Under the pieces are notes generated by a model, which was not told where the DNA came from, made no database searches, and saw only the letters and a program-made list of their open reading frames with translations. A DNA stretch of 64,000 bases from the NCBI GenBank assembly GCA_965203055.1, contig OZ241863.1, positions 1,248,001 to 1,312,000 of the forward strand, read 5' to 3'. Source of the stretch: Spirochaetia bacterium. Its GTDB lineage: Bacteria; Spirochaetota; Spirochaetia; SZUA-6; Bin103. Within the stretch, counting starts at the first letter, position 1; the number at the start of each line of letters is the position of its first letter. This document shows positions 38,642-48,763 of this stretch, piece by piece. A program made the translations under genes and the position numbers.

Positions 38642-40138
38642 ATGTCCGCCGGCGCGTCTCCCGCACGGCTCCCGCCGCAGCTCCTGCGCGACCTGCGCCG
38701 CATGAATCCCTGGTGGGAGGGCGATCCGATGCCGCCGCAACCGCCCGCGCGCCGCCATCTGGTGACCTGGATACGCCGCCGTCTGGAGTCCGGCATCGCC
38801 CCGATCGTGGCGGTGCGCGGCCCGCGCCAGGTCGGGAAGACCACCGCCCAACTGCAGATCATCGCCGACCTGCTGGCCGAAGGCGTGCCTCCCGGCAACC
38901 TCCTGCGGGTCCAGTTCGACGAACTGGCGTCGTTGCGCGCGGTCGAGGAACCGATCCTGGCCATCGCCGACTGGTTCGAACGGAGCGTGGCCGAGGCCCG
39001 GTTCAACGAGCTGGCGCGCCGCGGCCGCACCGCCTATCTGTTCTTCGACGAAGTGCAGAACCTCGCCGGCTGGGACGCGCAGCTCAAGTCGCTGGTGGAC
39101 AATGCGGCGCTGAAGGTCGCCATCACCGGGAGCTCCGCGCTGCGTATCGAGCTGGGGCGCGACAGCCTGGCCGGGCGCGTCAGCACGGTCGAGGCCGGCG
39201 TGCTGTCGCTCACCGAGATCGCCGCGCTGCGCGCGCTGCCGGCGCCGCCGCCGCTGCTCCCGGACAACGGCCTGAGCCTGCTCATGGAGCAGGACTTCTG
39301 GCGGCGCCTGCGCGCCCACGGACTCATCCACGCGGCGGTCAGGGACGAGGCGTTTCGCCATTTTTCGGAGCGGGGCGGCTATCCGATCGTCCATAAGCAG
39401 GCGGCTGCCGACTGGGCCGTGCTCGCCGACCAGTTGCAGGAAACGGTGATCCGCCGCGTCATTCAGCATGACCTGCGCCACGGCGCCCGCGGCCGGCGGC
39501 GCGACCCCGCGCTGCTGGAGGAGATCTTCCGGCTGGCCTGCCGCCACGCCGGGCAGACGCCGGCGGCGGCCACCTTGGCGGAGGAAGCCCGGCTGACGCT
39601 GGCCGCCAACGTCGGCGTCCAGCGGGTGACCCACTACCTGCGATTCCTCGGCGACACCCTGCTGCTGCGCCTCATTCCGCCGCTGGAGATACGCCTCAAG
39701 CGCAAGCGGGGGAGCGCCAAGATATGCTTGGCCGATCACGGCTTGCGCGCCGCCTGGCTGCAGGAGCAGGTACCGCTGGCGCCCGATCGACTGGCGGCCG
39801 TTCCGGCGCTCACCACCCTTGCCGGCCATCTCGCCGAGAGCGTCTTCGGCTCGGTCGCGGCCACGATACCCGGCCTGGACATCGCCCACCTGCCCGCCCG
39901 GGGCGCGGACCGCGAGGTCGACTTCGTGTTGACCGCCGGCGCCCGGCGCGTGCCGGTGGAGATCAAGTATCAGCGCCGCATCGACCCCCTGCGCGACACC
40001 CTGGGCATCCGTTCGTTCGTCGAAAAATCGGCCAACAACGCCGCCTTCGGCGTGCTGATCACCCAGGCCGACGCCGCGCCCCTCGACGACCCGCGCATCG
40101 TCAGCCTGCCCCTCTCCACCTTCATGCTCCTCCGATGA
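38642..40138 (+). CDS. AAA_14 / DUF4143 ATP-binding protein
   Basis: GPRQVGKTT, FFDEVQN, TGSS, GGYP, EVDFV..PVEIKY. Confidence 0.85.
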   Translation: MSAGASPARLPPQLLRDLRRMNPWWEGDPMPPQPPARRHLVTWIRRRLESGIAPIVAVRGPRQVGKTTAQLQIIADLLAEGVPPGNLLRVQFDELASLRAVEEPILAIADWFERSVAEARFNELARRGRTAYLFFDEVQNLAGWDAQLKSLVDNAALKVAITGSSALRIELGRDSLAGRVSTVEAGVLSLTEIAALRALPAPPPLLPDNGLSLLMEQDFWRRLRAHGLIHAAVRDEAFRHFSERGGYPIVHKQAAADWAVLADQLQETVIRRVIQHDLRHGARGRRRDPALLEEIFRLACRHAGQTPAAATLAEEARLTLAANVGVQRVTHYLRFLGDTLLLRLIPPLEIRLKRKRGSAKICLADHGLRAAWLQEQVPLAPDRLAAVPALTTLAGHLAESVFGSVAATIPGLDIAHLPARGADREVDFVLTAGARRVPVEIKYQRRIDPLRDTLGIRSFVEKSANNAAFGVLITQADAAPLDDPRIVSLPLSTFMLLR

Positions 40139-40172
40139 TGGCGAATCGAAGCGATAGCCGTGGTCGAGTCGG

Positions 40173-41066
40173 CTACCCCTTGACGGCGCCCGCGGTGAAG
40201 CCCTGGATCAGGCGGTCCAGGAAGAAGTTGTAGATCAGCCCGACCGGGATGGCGACGATCAGCGCCGAGGCGAGCAGCGGCTGCCAGAAGAAGACGTCGC
40301 CCAGGATCAGCTCCGACGGCACGCCGACGCTCAGGGTGCGCCATTCGGAGCGCTGGATGAAGACCAGCGCGTAGATGAACTCGTGCAGGGTCAGCGTGAA
40401 GCTGAACACGATCACGGAAATGATGCCCGGCCGCGCCAGCGGCAGCGCCACGCGCAGGAAGGCCCCGTAGGGATGGTAGCCGTCGACCTGCGCCGCCTCC
40501 TCGGTCTCCGGCGGGATCGACTTGAAGAAGCCCATCAGCAGCCAGGCGCTGAACGGCACCGTGATCGTCGGATAGACCAGGATCAGCGACAGCAGCGAGT
40601 TGTTCAGCCCCAGCGCCGCGACGATGCGGAACAGCGGGATGAACAGCAGCGTCGGCGGCACCAGGTAGACGATGAACATCAGGATGCCGGCGCGTTCCCC
40701 CCAGCGCCCGGTCAGGCGGGCCAGCGAATAGGCCGCCGGCAGCGCCAGCGCCAGCGTGATCACCACCACCGCCGCGCCCACCACCGCCGAGTTGCGGACG
40801 AAGACCGCGTAGTTGGTGTCATTGAACAGGTTGTCCAGGTGCTCCAGGGTCGGCGCCTCCGCGTAGTCGAACGGGTTGGCGTCGCGCCGGTAGAGGTCGC
40901 GGTCGGTCTGGAAGGTGGTGATGCCCATGATCAGGAACGGCGATGCTGCCAGCAGGCAGAACACCAGCACGGCCACGGTGTAGAGCGTGCCCTTGGCCAC
41001 GCGCCAGGGGCTGACGCGCGCGAACGAGCTCCGCGCCCGTTCCGGCGTCGCCGAGCCGCCGGCCAT
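40173..41066 (-). CDS. Carbohydrate ABC transporter permease (MalG-like)
   Basis: SIPPETEEAAQVDG EAA loop. Confidence 0.92.
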   Translation of the reverse strand: MAGGSATPERARSSFARVSPWRVAKGTLYTVAVLVFCLLAASPFLIMGITTFQTDRDLYRRDANPFDYAEAPTLEHLDNLFNDTNYAVFVRNSAVVGAAVVVITLALALPAAYSLARLTGRWGERAGILMFIVYLVPPTLLFIPLFRIVAALGLNNSLLSLILVYPTITVPFSAWLLMGFFKSIPPETEEAAQVDGYHPYGAFLRVALPLARPGIISVIVFSFTLTLHEFIYALVFIQRSEWRTLSVGVPSELILGDVFFWQPLLASALIVAIPVGLIYNFFLDRLIQGFTAGAVKG

Positions 41067-42013
41067 CAGCGCACCTGCGCCCGGCTGGCCGTGCGCAGCA
41101 GCACCACGGCCACGCCCAGCAGCACCGGGAAGATGAACAGCGCGATCGCCGCGCCCTGCGACAGATTGCCGCCGTCGATGCCGACCAGGAAGCTGTACAT
41201 CGGCAGCGTCAGCGTGTGGTTGATCGGCCCGCCGCGCGTCAGCACGTAGACCACCGTCAGATCGCCGAACGTGAAGATGAAGGAAAACAGCAGCGAGTTG
41301 AGCATGATCGGCAGGATCAACGGCAGCTTGACCTGGAACAGCGCGCGGAAGTAGCGCGCGCCGTCCGCCTTGGCCTGGTCGACCAGATCGGTGGGGATGC
41401 TCGACAGGCCGGCCATCAGGATCACCGTCGCCAGCGGCGTCATGCGCCAGACGTGCACGAATATCACCGACGCCTTGGCCAGCCAAGTCTTGCCCAGCCA
41501 AGTCAGGTTGCGGGACGGACCCCAGACCGTGCCGGGGCCGAGCAGGCCGATCTGCTCCAACACGTAGTCGATCGGGCTGTACTTGGAATCGAACATCCAC
41601 AGCCAGCCGATCGCGGACAGGGCCAGCGGCGTGGCCCACGGCATGATCAGCAGCAGCCGCGCCGCCCACATGCCGCCGCGCGCCCAGCCGTTCTGCGGCA
41701 GGGACGCCGTGAGGATCAGCGCCAGGACGTTGGCCAGGATCAGCACGAAGAACTGCGCGATGAGGGTAAACGCGAACGTGTTGCGCAGCGCGGCGTGGAA
41801 GTCGGGCGAGTTCCAGACGTTCCGGAAGTTGCGCAACCCGGCGTAGCTCAGGCTGGCGTTGCCGACCGTGGCGTCGCTGAAGCTGTAGGCGATGGCGGTG
41901 AAGAACGGCACGCCGATGAGCAGGGCGATGTAGAGCACCGCCGGCGCCAGAAAGACGAATCCCATGAGGCGGCGGTTGTCGAGCAGGCTGCCGCGCGCCC
42001 CGGCGGCGGTCAT
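41066..42013 (-). CDS. Carbohydrate ABC transporter permease (MalF-like)
   Basis: AGLSSIPTDLVDQAKADGA, LTRGGP. Confidence 0.92.
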   Translation of the reverse strand: MTAAGARGSLLDNRRLMGFVFLAPAVLYIALLIGVPFFTAIAYSFSDATVGNASLSYAGLRNFRNVWNSPDFHAALRNTFAFTLIAQFFVLILANVLALILTASLPQNGWARGGMWAARLLLIMPWATPLALSAIGWLWMFDSKYSPIDYVLEQIGLLGPGTVWGPSRNLTWLGKTWLAKASVIFVHVWRMTPLATVILMAGLSSIPTDLVDQAKADGARYFRALFQVKLPLILPIMLNSLLFSFIFTFGDLTVVYVLTRGGPINHTLTLPMYSFLVGIDGGNLSQGAAIALFIFPVLLGVAVVLLRTASRAQVR

Positions 42014-43056
42014 CGGCGGGCGGCCTCGGCTCCGGCACCGTCCAGCCGGTCGCCGCTGCGCCGGTCGAACCGGTGCGACGCCGTGACCGCGAACGGGTAG
42101 GACGCGCCCACCTGCAACGGCTTGGTCACGTTGCTCGGCAGCCGCGCCAGCGTCAGCCGCGGCTGGCCGCGAAAGTCGTCGATCTGGCCGTAGAGCAGGC
42201 GGTCGGCGCCCAGGTACTCGATGCGGGTGACGTGATAGTCGACCCGGCGCACGGCGCCTTCGCCCGGCGCCGCCGGCTGCAGATGCTCGGGCCGGAAGCC
42301 GAGCAGCTCCTCCTCGGCGACCGGCAACAGGTTCATCCCCGGCGAGCCGAGAAAGGTGGCGACGAAGGTGTTGGCCGGCCGGTCGTAGATCGCCTGCGGC
42401 GGTCCGACCTGCTGCACCAGTCCCCGTTCCATCACCACGATGCGGTCGCCCAGGCCCATCGCCTCGATCTGGTCATGGGTGACGAAGATGGTGGTGATGC
42501 CGAGCTCGCGCTGAAAGAACTTCAGCTCGTCGCGGGCATAGGCGCGCAGCTTGGCGTCCAGGTTGCTCAGCGGCTCGTCGAGCAGCAGGACCTCCGGCTC
42601 GGTCACGATCGCGCGGGCGATAGCCACCCGCTGCCGCTCGCCGCCGGAGAGCTGGCGCGGGCGCCGGTCGAGCAGATGATCGATGCTCACCTTGCGCGCC
42701 GCCTGCCGAACCCGCTCCTCCCGCTCCGCCCGGTTCCTGGTGCGCCCCTGTGCCTTGAGCGGAAAGGCGATGTTGTTGGCCACGGTCATGTGCGGATAGA
42801 GCGCGTAGGACTGGAAGACCATGGCGATGCCGCGCTTGCGCGGCGGCAGCGCCGTGACGTCGCGCGCGCCGATGCGCACGCTCCCTTCCGTGGGCTTCTC
42901 CAGGCCGGCCACCGTGCGCATCAAGGTGGTCTTGCCGCACCCGGACGGCCCGAGCACCACCAGGAACTCGCCCGACTCGACCTCCAGATCGACCCCGGCG
43001 ATCGCCACCACCTCGCCGAAGCGCTTCACGATCCCGGCAACGCGCACCGCGCTCAC
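42010..43056 (-). CDS. Sugar ABC transporter ATP-binding protein (MalK-like)
   Basis: [27 protein letters not shown]. Confidence 0.95.
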   Translation of the reverse strand: MSAVRVAGIVKRFGEVVAIAGVDLEVESGEFLVVLGPSGCGKTTLMRTVAGLEKPTEGSVRIGARDVTALPPRKRGIAMVFQSYALYPHMTVANNIAFPLKAQGRTRNRAEREERVRQAARKVSIDHLLDRRPRQLSGGERQRVAIARAIVTEPEVLLLDEPLSNLDAKLRAYARDELKFFQRELGITTIFVTHDQIEAMGLGDRIVVMERGLVQQVGPPQAIYDRPANTFVATFLGSPGMNLLPVAEEELLGFRPEHLQPAAPGEGAVRRVDYHVTRIEYLGADRLLYGQIDDFRGQPRLTLARLPSNVTKPLQVGASYPFAVTASHRFDRRSGDRLDGAGAEAARR

Positions 43057-43155
43057 GCCCGTGCCTCAGCGCCCCGAATCGCCGCCGCCCCGCGAACATG
43101 CTTCCCGGCCGCGGCACGCATCAGCGCGGCCCTTCGCTCCGTGTTCCGCGCCGGC

Positions 43156-44481
43156 CTATTCGCCGCCGCGCAGGTAGCCGCGGGCGCGCCAGTCGGCGAA
43201 GATCTCCTCCGCGCGGGCATGCGCGGCGGCGACCGATTGCTCGGCGGTCTGCTCGCCCTTGGCGACCCTGGCGACCATGTTGACCACGACGTTCTCGCCG
43301 AAGACCTGCATCACCGCCGGGTTGGCGGTGCCGGGGTAGCCGATGTAGACCGACCAGTCGTTGACGGTCTCCAGTACCTTGAGCTTGTCGGCCGGCTGAG
43401 AGCCGAACGGATCGTTCCGCAGCCAACCGGTCAGTTCCGGCACCGTGCCGGCGTAGCACGGGAAGTTGTACAACTCGGAGTGGTACACCGCGTCGCGGTA
43501 GGTGGCCGTGTGATCCAGGATGAACCGCTTGGCCGCTTCCAGCTCCGCGCCCTGCACGTACTTGGGGATTACGTAGATCTGCCACACGTGGCTGGAGGCG
43601 AAGGCGCCGGCCGGTCCTTCCAGCGCCTGCACGAAGCCGATGTCGGCGGCGGCCTCCTCGTCGATCTTCTGCAGCGAGCGGTAGGCGGAGATCGAGTTGA
43701 GGATGTAGCTCAGCTCGCCGGCGATCAGCCCCTGGTTGTTGGAGGAGGCGGTCCAGCCGAACACCTCATCGGTCATGGCGTCGTTCTGCAGCCTGGCGTA
43801 GAACTCGACCGCCGCGATCGTCTCCGGGGAGTTGAGCACGACGTTCTCGTTCTCGTCCTGCACGCTGCCGCCGTGCGCCCAGATCACCGCGCGCGTGGCC
43901 ATGCGGCTGTCGAGCTCCGGGCTGAGGCCGATGCCGACCGGCACGCCGTGCCGTTCCATGATCGCCTTGCCGCCTTCGTACAGCTCGTCCCAGGTCGAGG
44001 GGCCGGCCGGCATGCCGACGCTCTCCCACAGGCTGATCTGGTAGTCGCCGGGGTCGGGGATGTAGCCGTGCGTGAAGCCGAAGTAGGTATCGGTGATCGG
44101 CAGGTAGCTGGTCGCCTGGCAGTTCGCGGTGCGCTCGCCGTGGGCGGCGGCCGCTGCCTCGTTGACGTCGTTGAGCGGATGCAGCCCTTCGATGAAGGCG
44201 GTGGCCGGGAACAACATCTCGACGATGCTGTGCCCTTCGCCGGCCTCGATGGCCGCGGCCAGCGCCGGCGGCAGCTCCGGCACGTTGACGTGATCGACGC
44301 GCACGCTGACGCCGTTCTCCTTGCCCCAGTTCTCCGCGTAGGCGTCGAACCACTCGTCGTACCGGGGGACGAAGTGACTCCACTGCAGGATGGAAAGTTG
44401 CACCTCCTGCCCCAGCGCCAGCGGCGCCCCGCCGGCCAGCAGCAGTGCCGCCAAAAGTCCTGACGTGCTCTTACGGCTCAT
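43156..44481 (-). CDS. ABC transporter extracellular solute-binding protein
   Basis: Signal peptide; QWSHFVPRYDEWF; first gene of the ABC operon. Confidence 0.88.
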   Translation of the reverse strand: MSRKSTSGLLAALLLAGGAPLALGQEVQLSILQWSHFVPRYDEWFDAYAENWGKENGVSVRVDHVNVPELPPALAAAIEAGEGHSIVEMLFPATAFIEGLHPLNDVNEAAAAAHGERTANCQATSYLPITDTYFGFTHGYIPDPGDYQISLWESVGMPAGPSTWDELYEGGKAIMERHGVPVGIGLSPELDSRMATRAVIWAHGGSVQDENENVVLNSPETIAAVEFYARLQNDAMTDEVFGWTASSNNQGLIAGELSYILNSISAYRSLQKIDEEAAADIGFVQALEGPAGAFASSHVWQIYVIPKYVQGAELEAAKRFILDHTATYRDAVYHSELYNFPCYAGTVPELTGWLRNDPFGSQPADKLKVLETVNDWSVYIGYPGTANPAVMQVFGENVVVNMVARVAKGEQTAEQSVAAAHARAEEIFADWRARGYLRGGE

Positions 44482-44596
44482 CGCTCTCTCCTTCTCGTGC
44501 CCGTGTCGTCCGGCTGCGGCGATACCTCGCACCCGCCGGCCGCGGCCCACAGGCTACCGCATCGCCGCCCGCCTGCCAAGGCATGGACCGGCCCGT

Positions 44597-44950
44597 GGCG
44601 CATTCCAAAATGCAGGTAAGCGTCGGGCGGTCCACGTAGCGGCAGCGGCCGCGGTCGCGCCGCCACACCTCGCGCTTGACCGCCGCCGGGATGGCGCTGC
44701 CGGTCACGCCGCCCGGCTTCGCTGGCGAAGTCCGGGTCCGCGGCGGCGCAGCAGGCGGCGCGCACGCCGCAGCCGGCCGGCCGAGGCGCTGCGTCTTCGG
44801 CGCCGAAGTTACGTCGCCCGCCGGCTCGCTGCCGAAGTGACCGGGCGGTCAGCGGCTTCGTCTCCCGGCTGCGCCGGCGCCTGAGCCGATACCTTCGCCG
44901 CCGAAGGAGCGGCGCTGTCCGCGCCAGCCTCCTGCTTCGCTGCCGAAGCG
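44597..44950 (-). mobile_element. Inverted, internally deleted fragment of the HNH element retaining the 3' terminal motif
   Basis: Palindrome array + AIPAAVKREVWRRDRGRCRYVDR joined directly to GACGCTTACCTGCATTTTGGAATGCGC (cf. 5896-5923). Confidence 0.8.
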
Positions 44951-44962
44951 ACCACTATGCCG

Positions 44963-45868
44963 CTATTCGGTAGCGGCACAACCGCCCTTCTCAAAAAGAC
45001 TGATCAGTTCCTCCGGGGAGGTCGTTGACCGTCGCATACGTTTAACCGTTTTGGCGGGCACTTGGCTATCGTCATAGACACTGGCGTCAATGGTCCCGTC
45101 AGGAAACAGGTTAGCCATCACTATCAGGCCGTCGGTGAGCCGCAAGTGAATATCCAAGTCTCCATCTTCATCGTCGACGGTGATGCAAGGGCCGACCGTA
45201 TACGCAATCGCAGCTTGCACGACGCGGGCAGCCACATCAACAACATCGGCCTTGGGGAGTTTACCGTTGACACCCATAGCGAACTCTTGGATAGCAGAGC
45301 CCGCACCGTGAACATCTAGCACGAACCATCTGAGTGTTACCGGCCAATCATCGTTCTTTTGCATTTGATCGATCAAGTCGCTCGCATAAAGCTCCGTTTG
45401 TTCTGGGACCCGTCGAGGCGGATTACCGAACAGTTGACGCTTCAGTATCCTAGTATCACCATCCTCCCACATACGACCGGACTTGTTATTGCGACCCCAG
45501 GAAAGCCACGCCTCCACGGCCCGCCGGGGCGTCATCAGCACGATCTTCAACTTGGCGCTTCGCGACGGGTGTGTCAGGCCGGCAAGCGTATTGTCGATTC
45601 GCAAGTTGATATCGATCCATCTAGTACTCTGGCGGGCATGGGTAAATCCATCCGGTAGAGTGTCGTCCATGTCGAAGTGCACGACCAGCAGGTCGTAGTG
45701 TCCGAAATACGCGGCTCGTACGAAATCGGATACCTGCCGCAGTATGGCAGACAGACCACGTGCCGGCAGACTCATCGATTTGATCGTGACCGGACCCAAG
45801 CACCGTCTGATCAACCGCGCTGCAACTTCTTCGTCGCCCGGTCCTTCAGTGGCTAGAAGAACTCGCAT
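44963..45868 (-). CDS. TOPRIM-like (DUF4276/RloB-like) protein with additional C-terminal domain
   Basis: ATEGPGD and HFDMDD acidic motifs, VEAWL; lower GC; directly after ABC-type ATPase. Confidence 0.6.
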   Translation of the reverse strand: MRVLLATEGPGDEEVAARLIRRCLGPVTIKSMSLPARGLSAILRQVSDFVRAAYFGHYDLLVVHFDMDDTLPDGFTHARQSTRWIDINLRIDNTLAGLTHPSRSAKLKIVLMTPRRAVEAWLSWGRNNKSGRMWEDGDTRILKRQLFGNPPRRVPEQTELYASDLIDQMQKNDDWPVTLRWFVLDVHGAGSAIQEFAMGVNGKLPKADVVDVAARVVQAAIAYTVGPCITVDDEDGDLDIHLRLTDGLIVMANLFPDGTIDASVYDDSQVPAKTVKRMRRSTTSPEELISLFEKGGCAATE

Positions 45869-45870
45869 GG

Positions 45871-46971
45871 CTAAGCGGTCAGATCATCGAGCAGGCCGGT
45901 CTCCCAGAGTTCGCCGGGCAGGGACTCCGGCGAATCGGTTCCCAGCTTTTCCTTGGCTACTTCGAGCAACGGTTTGACGACCGTATATCCACCCGGCACT
46001 CTCGTAACCAGTCGGACCTCGCCGCGGTGATCATCGAGCTTGTTCAGAAACGAAGGACTGTGCGTGGTGACGACGATCTGTATGCGGTCGCGCCCGTCGA
46101 GACCATCATAGGCGGCTTCGGTGAGGACCTCGATCACCTCCGCATACCGCGAATGGTTGAAGCCTCGATCTATCTCCTCGATGGCGATCGTCGCCCCGGG
46201 CCGGGTAGTGTACAGCACGCACAGCATTCCTACCAACTGGCGATCGCCCCAGGAAAGATGGACCGCCGGGAACGGGTACTCCTGCCCCTTGTCGCGCAAA
46301 CCCCAGAACACTTTCCCGCCCGCCGTCCAAACATCGATGCTCTCCGTTTCGGCTCGAAACCGCCTAAAGCGGGTTTCCAACTGTTTGAAGCAGTCCGGAT
46401 CGGAGTCTTTCATGTTGGCCAGCACGCCGGCTACGCCGTACCCTTCCCTGGAAATATAGCTGTGCTCCGGATCGATCGGTTGTTCGATATTCCTGGGGTT
46501 CAGTTCGTAGCTTATGGTTGACTTGAGTACCTGCGAAACAGGTTCGATCTCAGGCTCGTCGGCATCCCATCCCGGATTCAAGATAGTGCCGGACAGAGGC
46601 TGGTGACTGCGACTGGCAACCGTGCTGTTGTCAGCGAGACGCATCAGCCGTTCTTCGGTGACCAGTGGCTTTCGATCTTCTTCACTCAGGCCAAGGACAT
46701 AGCGGTAGTTGGTCCCGGTAGCGACCTGAACCTCGAATCGGACCGCCGGGATCTGGCCTATGCCCTTCGTGCGCTGCCAACCGAGCGACCAGGGCGGCGG
46801 CCCGAACGCGCGATCTACGCCGCCCCGAGCGAAGTTTCCGAGCACCTGCAGGCTGTCCAGGATCGTGGTCTTCCCGGCGCCGTTTCTGCCGATCATGATC
46901 GTCAGGGGATCGAATTCGATTTCCGTGTCCACGAGCGTTCGGAATCCGTGAACCTTGAGTCGTTCCAGCAT
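45871..46971 (-). CDS. AAA_21/AAA_15-type ABC ATPase (defence-associated type)
   Basis: HGFRTL, GRNGAGKT, LSWGDRQ, IEEID, TTHSP. Confidence 0.88.
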   Translation of the reverse strand: MLERLKVHGFRTLVDTEIEFDPLTIMIGRNGAGKTTILDSLQVLGNFARGGVDRAFGPPPWSLGWQRTKGIGQIPAVRFEVQVATGTNYRYVLGLSEEDRKPLVTEERLMRLADNSTVASRSHQPLSGTILNPGWDADEPEIEPVSQVLKSTISYELNPRNIEQPIDPEHSYISREGYGVAGVLANMKDSDPDCFKQLETRFRRFRAETESIDVWTAGGKVFWGLRDKGQEYPFPAVHLSWGDRQLVGMLCVLYTTRPGATIAIEEIDRGFNHSRYAEVIEVLTEAAYDGLDGRDRIQIVVTTHSPSFLNKLDDHRGEVRLVTRVPGGYTVVKPLLEVAKEKLGTDSPESLPGELWETGLLDDLTA

Positions 46972-46973
46972 CT

Positions 46974-47762
46974 TCAGTAGCCGAGCCGGCGCAGGTAGGC
47001 GCGCGCGGCGCGGCTGCGTTGCGCCTCGGCGAGCGGGGCGTCGCCGCGGCGCGGGCAGGCGGTGACCCAGCGCCGGAAGTCGAGTTCGGCCAGCGCCGCC
47101 ATGACCGCGCCGAAGTCGACCGCCTCGGCGGCGCCCACGTCGCACCACACCGGCTGGTAGGTCCCCTCCGGGTCGCGGGAGGTGGAGCCGTAGTCCTGCA
47201 GGTGGACGTAGTTCAGCCGCGGCGCGAACTCGCGGAGCGCGGCGACCGGATCGGCGCCCCAGAGCTGGGCATGCGACACGTCGATGCAGAGCCGGGCGCG
47301 CTCCAGCAACCCCACGTAGGCGCGCCAATCGGCGATGGAGTCCACCAGCGTGTTGGTGTGGATGTGATAGCTCAGCTCGATCCCGCAGGTGGCGCCGTAT
47401 TCGGCCCAGGCGTCCGCGGCCTCGGCGGCGGCGCGCAGGTCGGCGGCGGTGACGGCGCGGCCGCGCGGCTTGGGGCCGGTCATGAACATGAAGCAGTCGG
47501 CCTCCATCTCGGCCGCGAACTCGATCCGGCGGCGGTTGGCTTCGGTATTGCTCCAACTTCGATCTTCGGGGTTGCCGCACGCCGTATACACCGCCAGCGG
47601 CATGCCGGCGGCGGCGCAGATCCGCCGTACCCGGGCGGGCGAACCGAGCCAATCGAGGGGCAGCCGGCATTCCCAGCCCTGCCAGCCGGCGGCCGCCAGC
47701 TCGGCAAGGCAGCGCTCCAGGTCGGGTTCATGCCAATGGATGGCGCTGTAGCCGAGTTTCAT
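46974..47762 (-). CDS. Sugar phosphate isomerase/epimerase (IolE-like TIM barrel)
   Basis: SYHIH, CIDVSH, YVHLQD, VDFGAV. Confidence 0.8.
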   Translation of the reverse strand: MKLGYSAIHWHEPDLERCLAELAAAGWQGWECRLPLDWLGSPARVRRICAAAGMPLAVYTACGNPEDRSWSNTEANRRRIEFAAEMEADCFMFMTGPKPRGRAVTAADLRAAAEAADAWAEYGATCGIELSYHIHTNTLVDSIADWRAYVGLLERARLCIDVSHAQLWGADPVAALREFAPRLNYVHLQDYGSTSRDPEGTYQPVWCDVGAAEAVDFGAVMAALAELDFRRWVTACPRRGDAPLAEAQRSRAARAYLRRLGY

Positions 47763-48070
47763 GCCGCCGGGCTTCCTGCCGCCGAGGTCGGCGGGCGCCA
47801 TCGGTACCGGTTCGGGGCGCTGCATGGCACGAGATACTATCGAATTACCGATTCGCCCCGCAAGCGCGCGGGACTCTACTCTACTCTGGCAGCCGATCGC
47901 GTTGCTGGTCGCCGCGGCGCGCACGCTCACTTGCAGCGGGGCAGGTAGTGGCCGCCCCCCCCTTAGTGGTGTGACACTGCCGCCGCGCCCCTGGTATGCT
48001 CGGCGCCAGTGCCCGGCGGCGGCCCTGACTTGGCCGCCCGGCCCGATGCCGATTTGGCAGGAGGTGACCG

Positions 48071-48540
48071 ATGGAGAACTTGGCCGTGATCTTGATTGTG
48101 GTGGGTACGGGTGCCGGTATCACTACCGTGCTGCTGGTGGTAGGTGGAAGCCGCGCGAAGGCGACCCGCGCGGAGCTCGGCGGGAAGATTGAAGCCTTGA
48201 CCGCCGTCGTAAATCTATGGTCATCGAGGTGAAGGAGACCCGCGCGAAGATCGATACCCTGACCGGCGACGTGAAGGCGAACCAAGCGATGATCAGCGCC
48301 CTGGACAAGAAGATCGATCAGAATCACAACGTGATCCGCGCCGACATAGAAAGCCTGCGCCACCGCGCCGACATAGCAAACTTAGGCCATTCCTTGGCCG
48401 CTGTAATCGTTGGCCGCCCCCTGACTGATCCGGCGACCCAACAGTACCCGGCGCGCCCATGGGAAACGCGCCCAACGCCTGAAGCGCAAGGAACGCGCGG
48501 CCCCCAAGTCCGCACAGGAACCCCAACTGAACGCCCATAG
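48071..48540 (+). pseudogene. Membrane-anchored coiled-coil protein, frameshifted near 48212
   Basis: AGGAGG RBS, hydrophobic N-terminus, coiled coil continues in frame 48217-48540. Confidence 0.45.
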
Positions 48541-48763
48541 CGCGCCCGTGCGGCCTTGGCGCCCGCCAGAATTGCGCTCACCCCCGCCCTGGTGGCCTGT
48601 AGCGCCGGGCGCGAGGACCATGCGTGGCGCTCAAACTCCTTTCGCCAGTTCTCCGGCGTGCGGCCGGACGGACCAGATCGACCATTATGCACGGCCTCGG
48701 TAGGGGGGAGCGGAGGCGCGCGGCGCCCGCGCCGTGCTACCGTAGCCTCGCCTGGAGGAATCG

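Noticed and set aside
37496..40138. Apparent long N-terminal extensions on ORFs (also 45871-47670, 54705-57656, 58494-63920)
   Set aside because: Extensions overlap neighbouring genes in other frames; starts were reassigned to motif-consistent ATGs.
48460..48472. TGGGAAACGCGCC resembling the HNH element end motif
   Set aside because: Short isolated match with no other element sequence nearby; could be chance.
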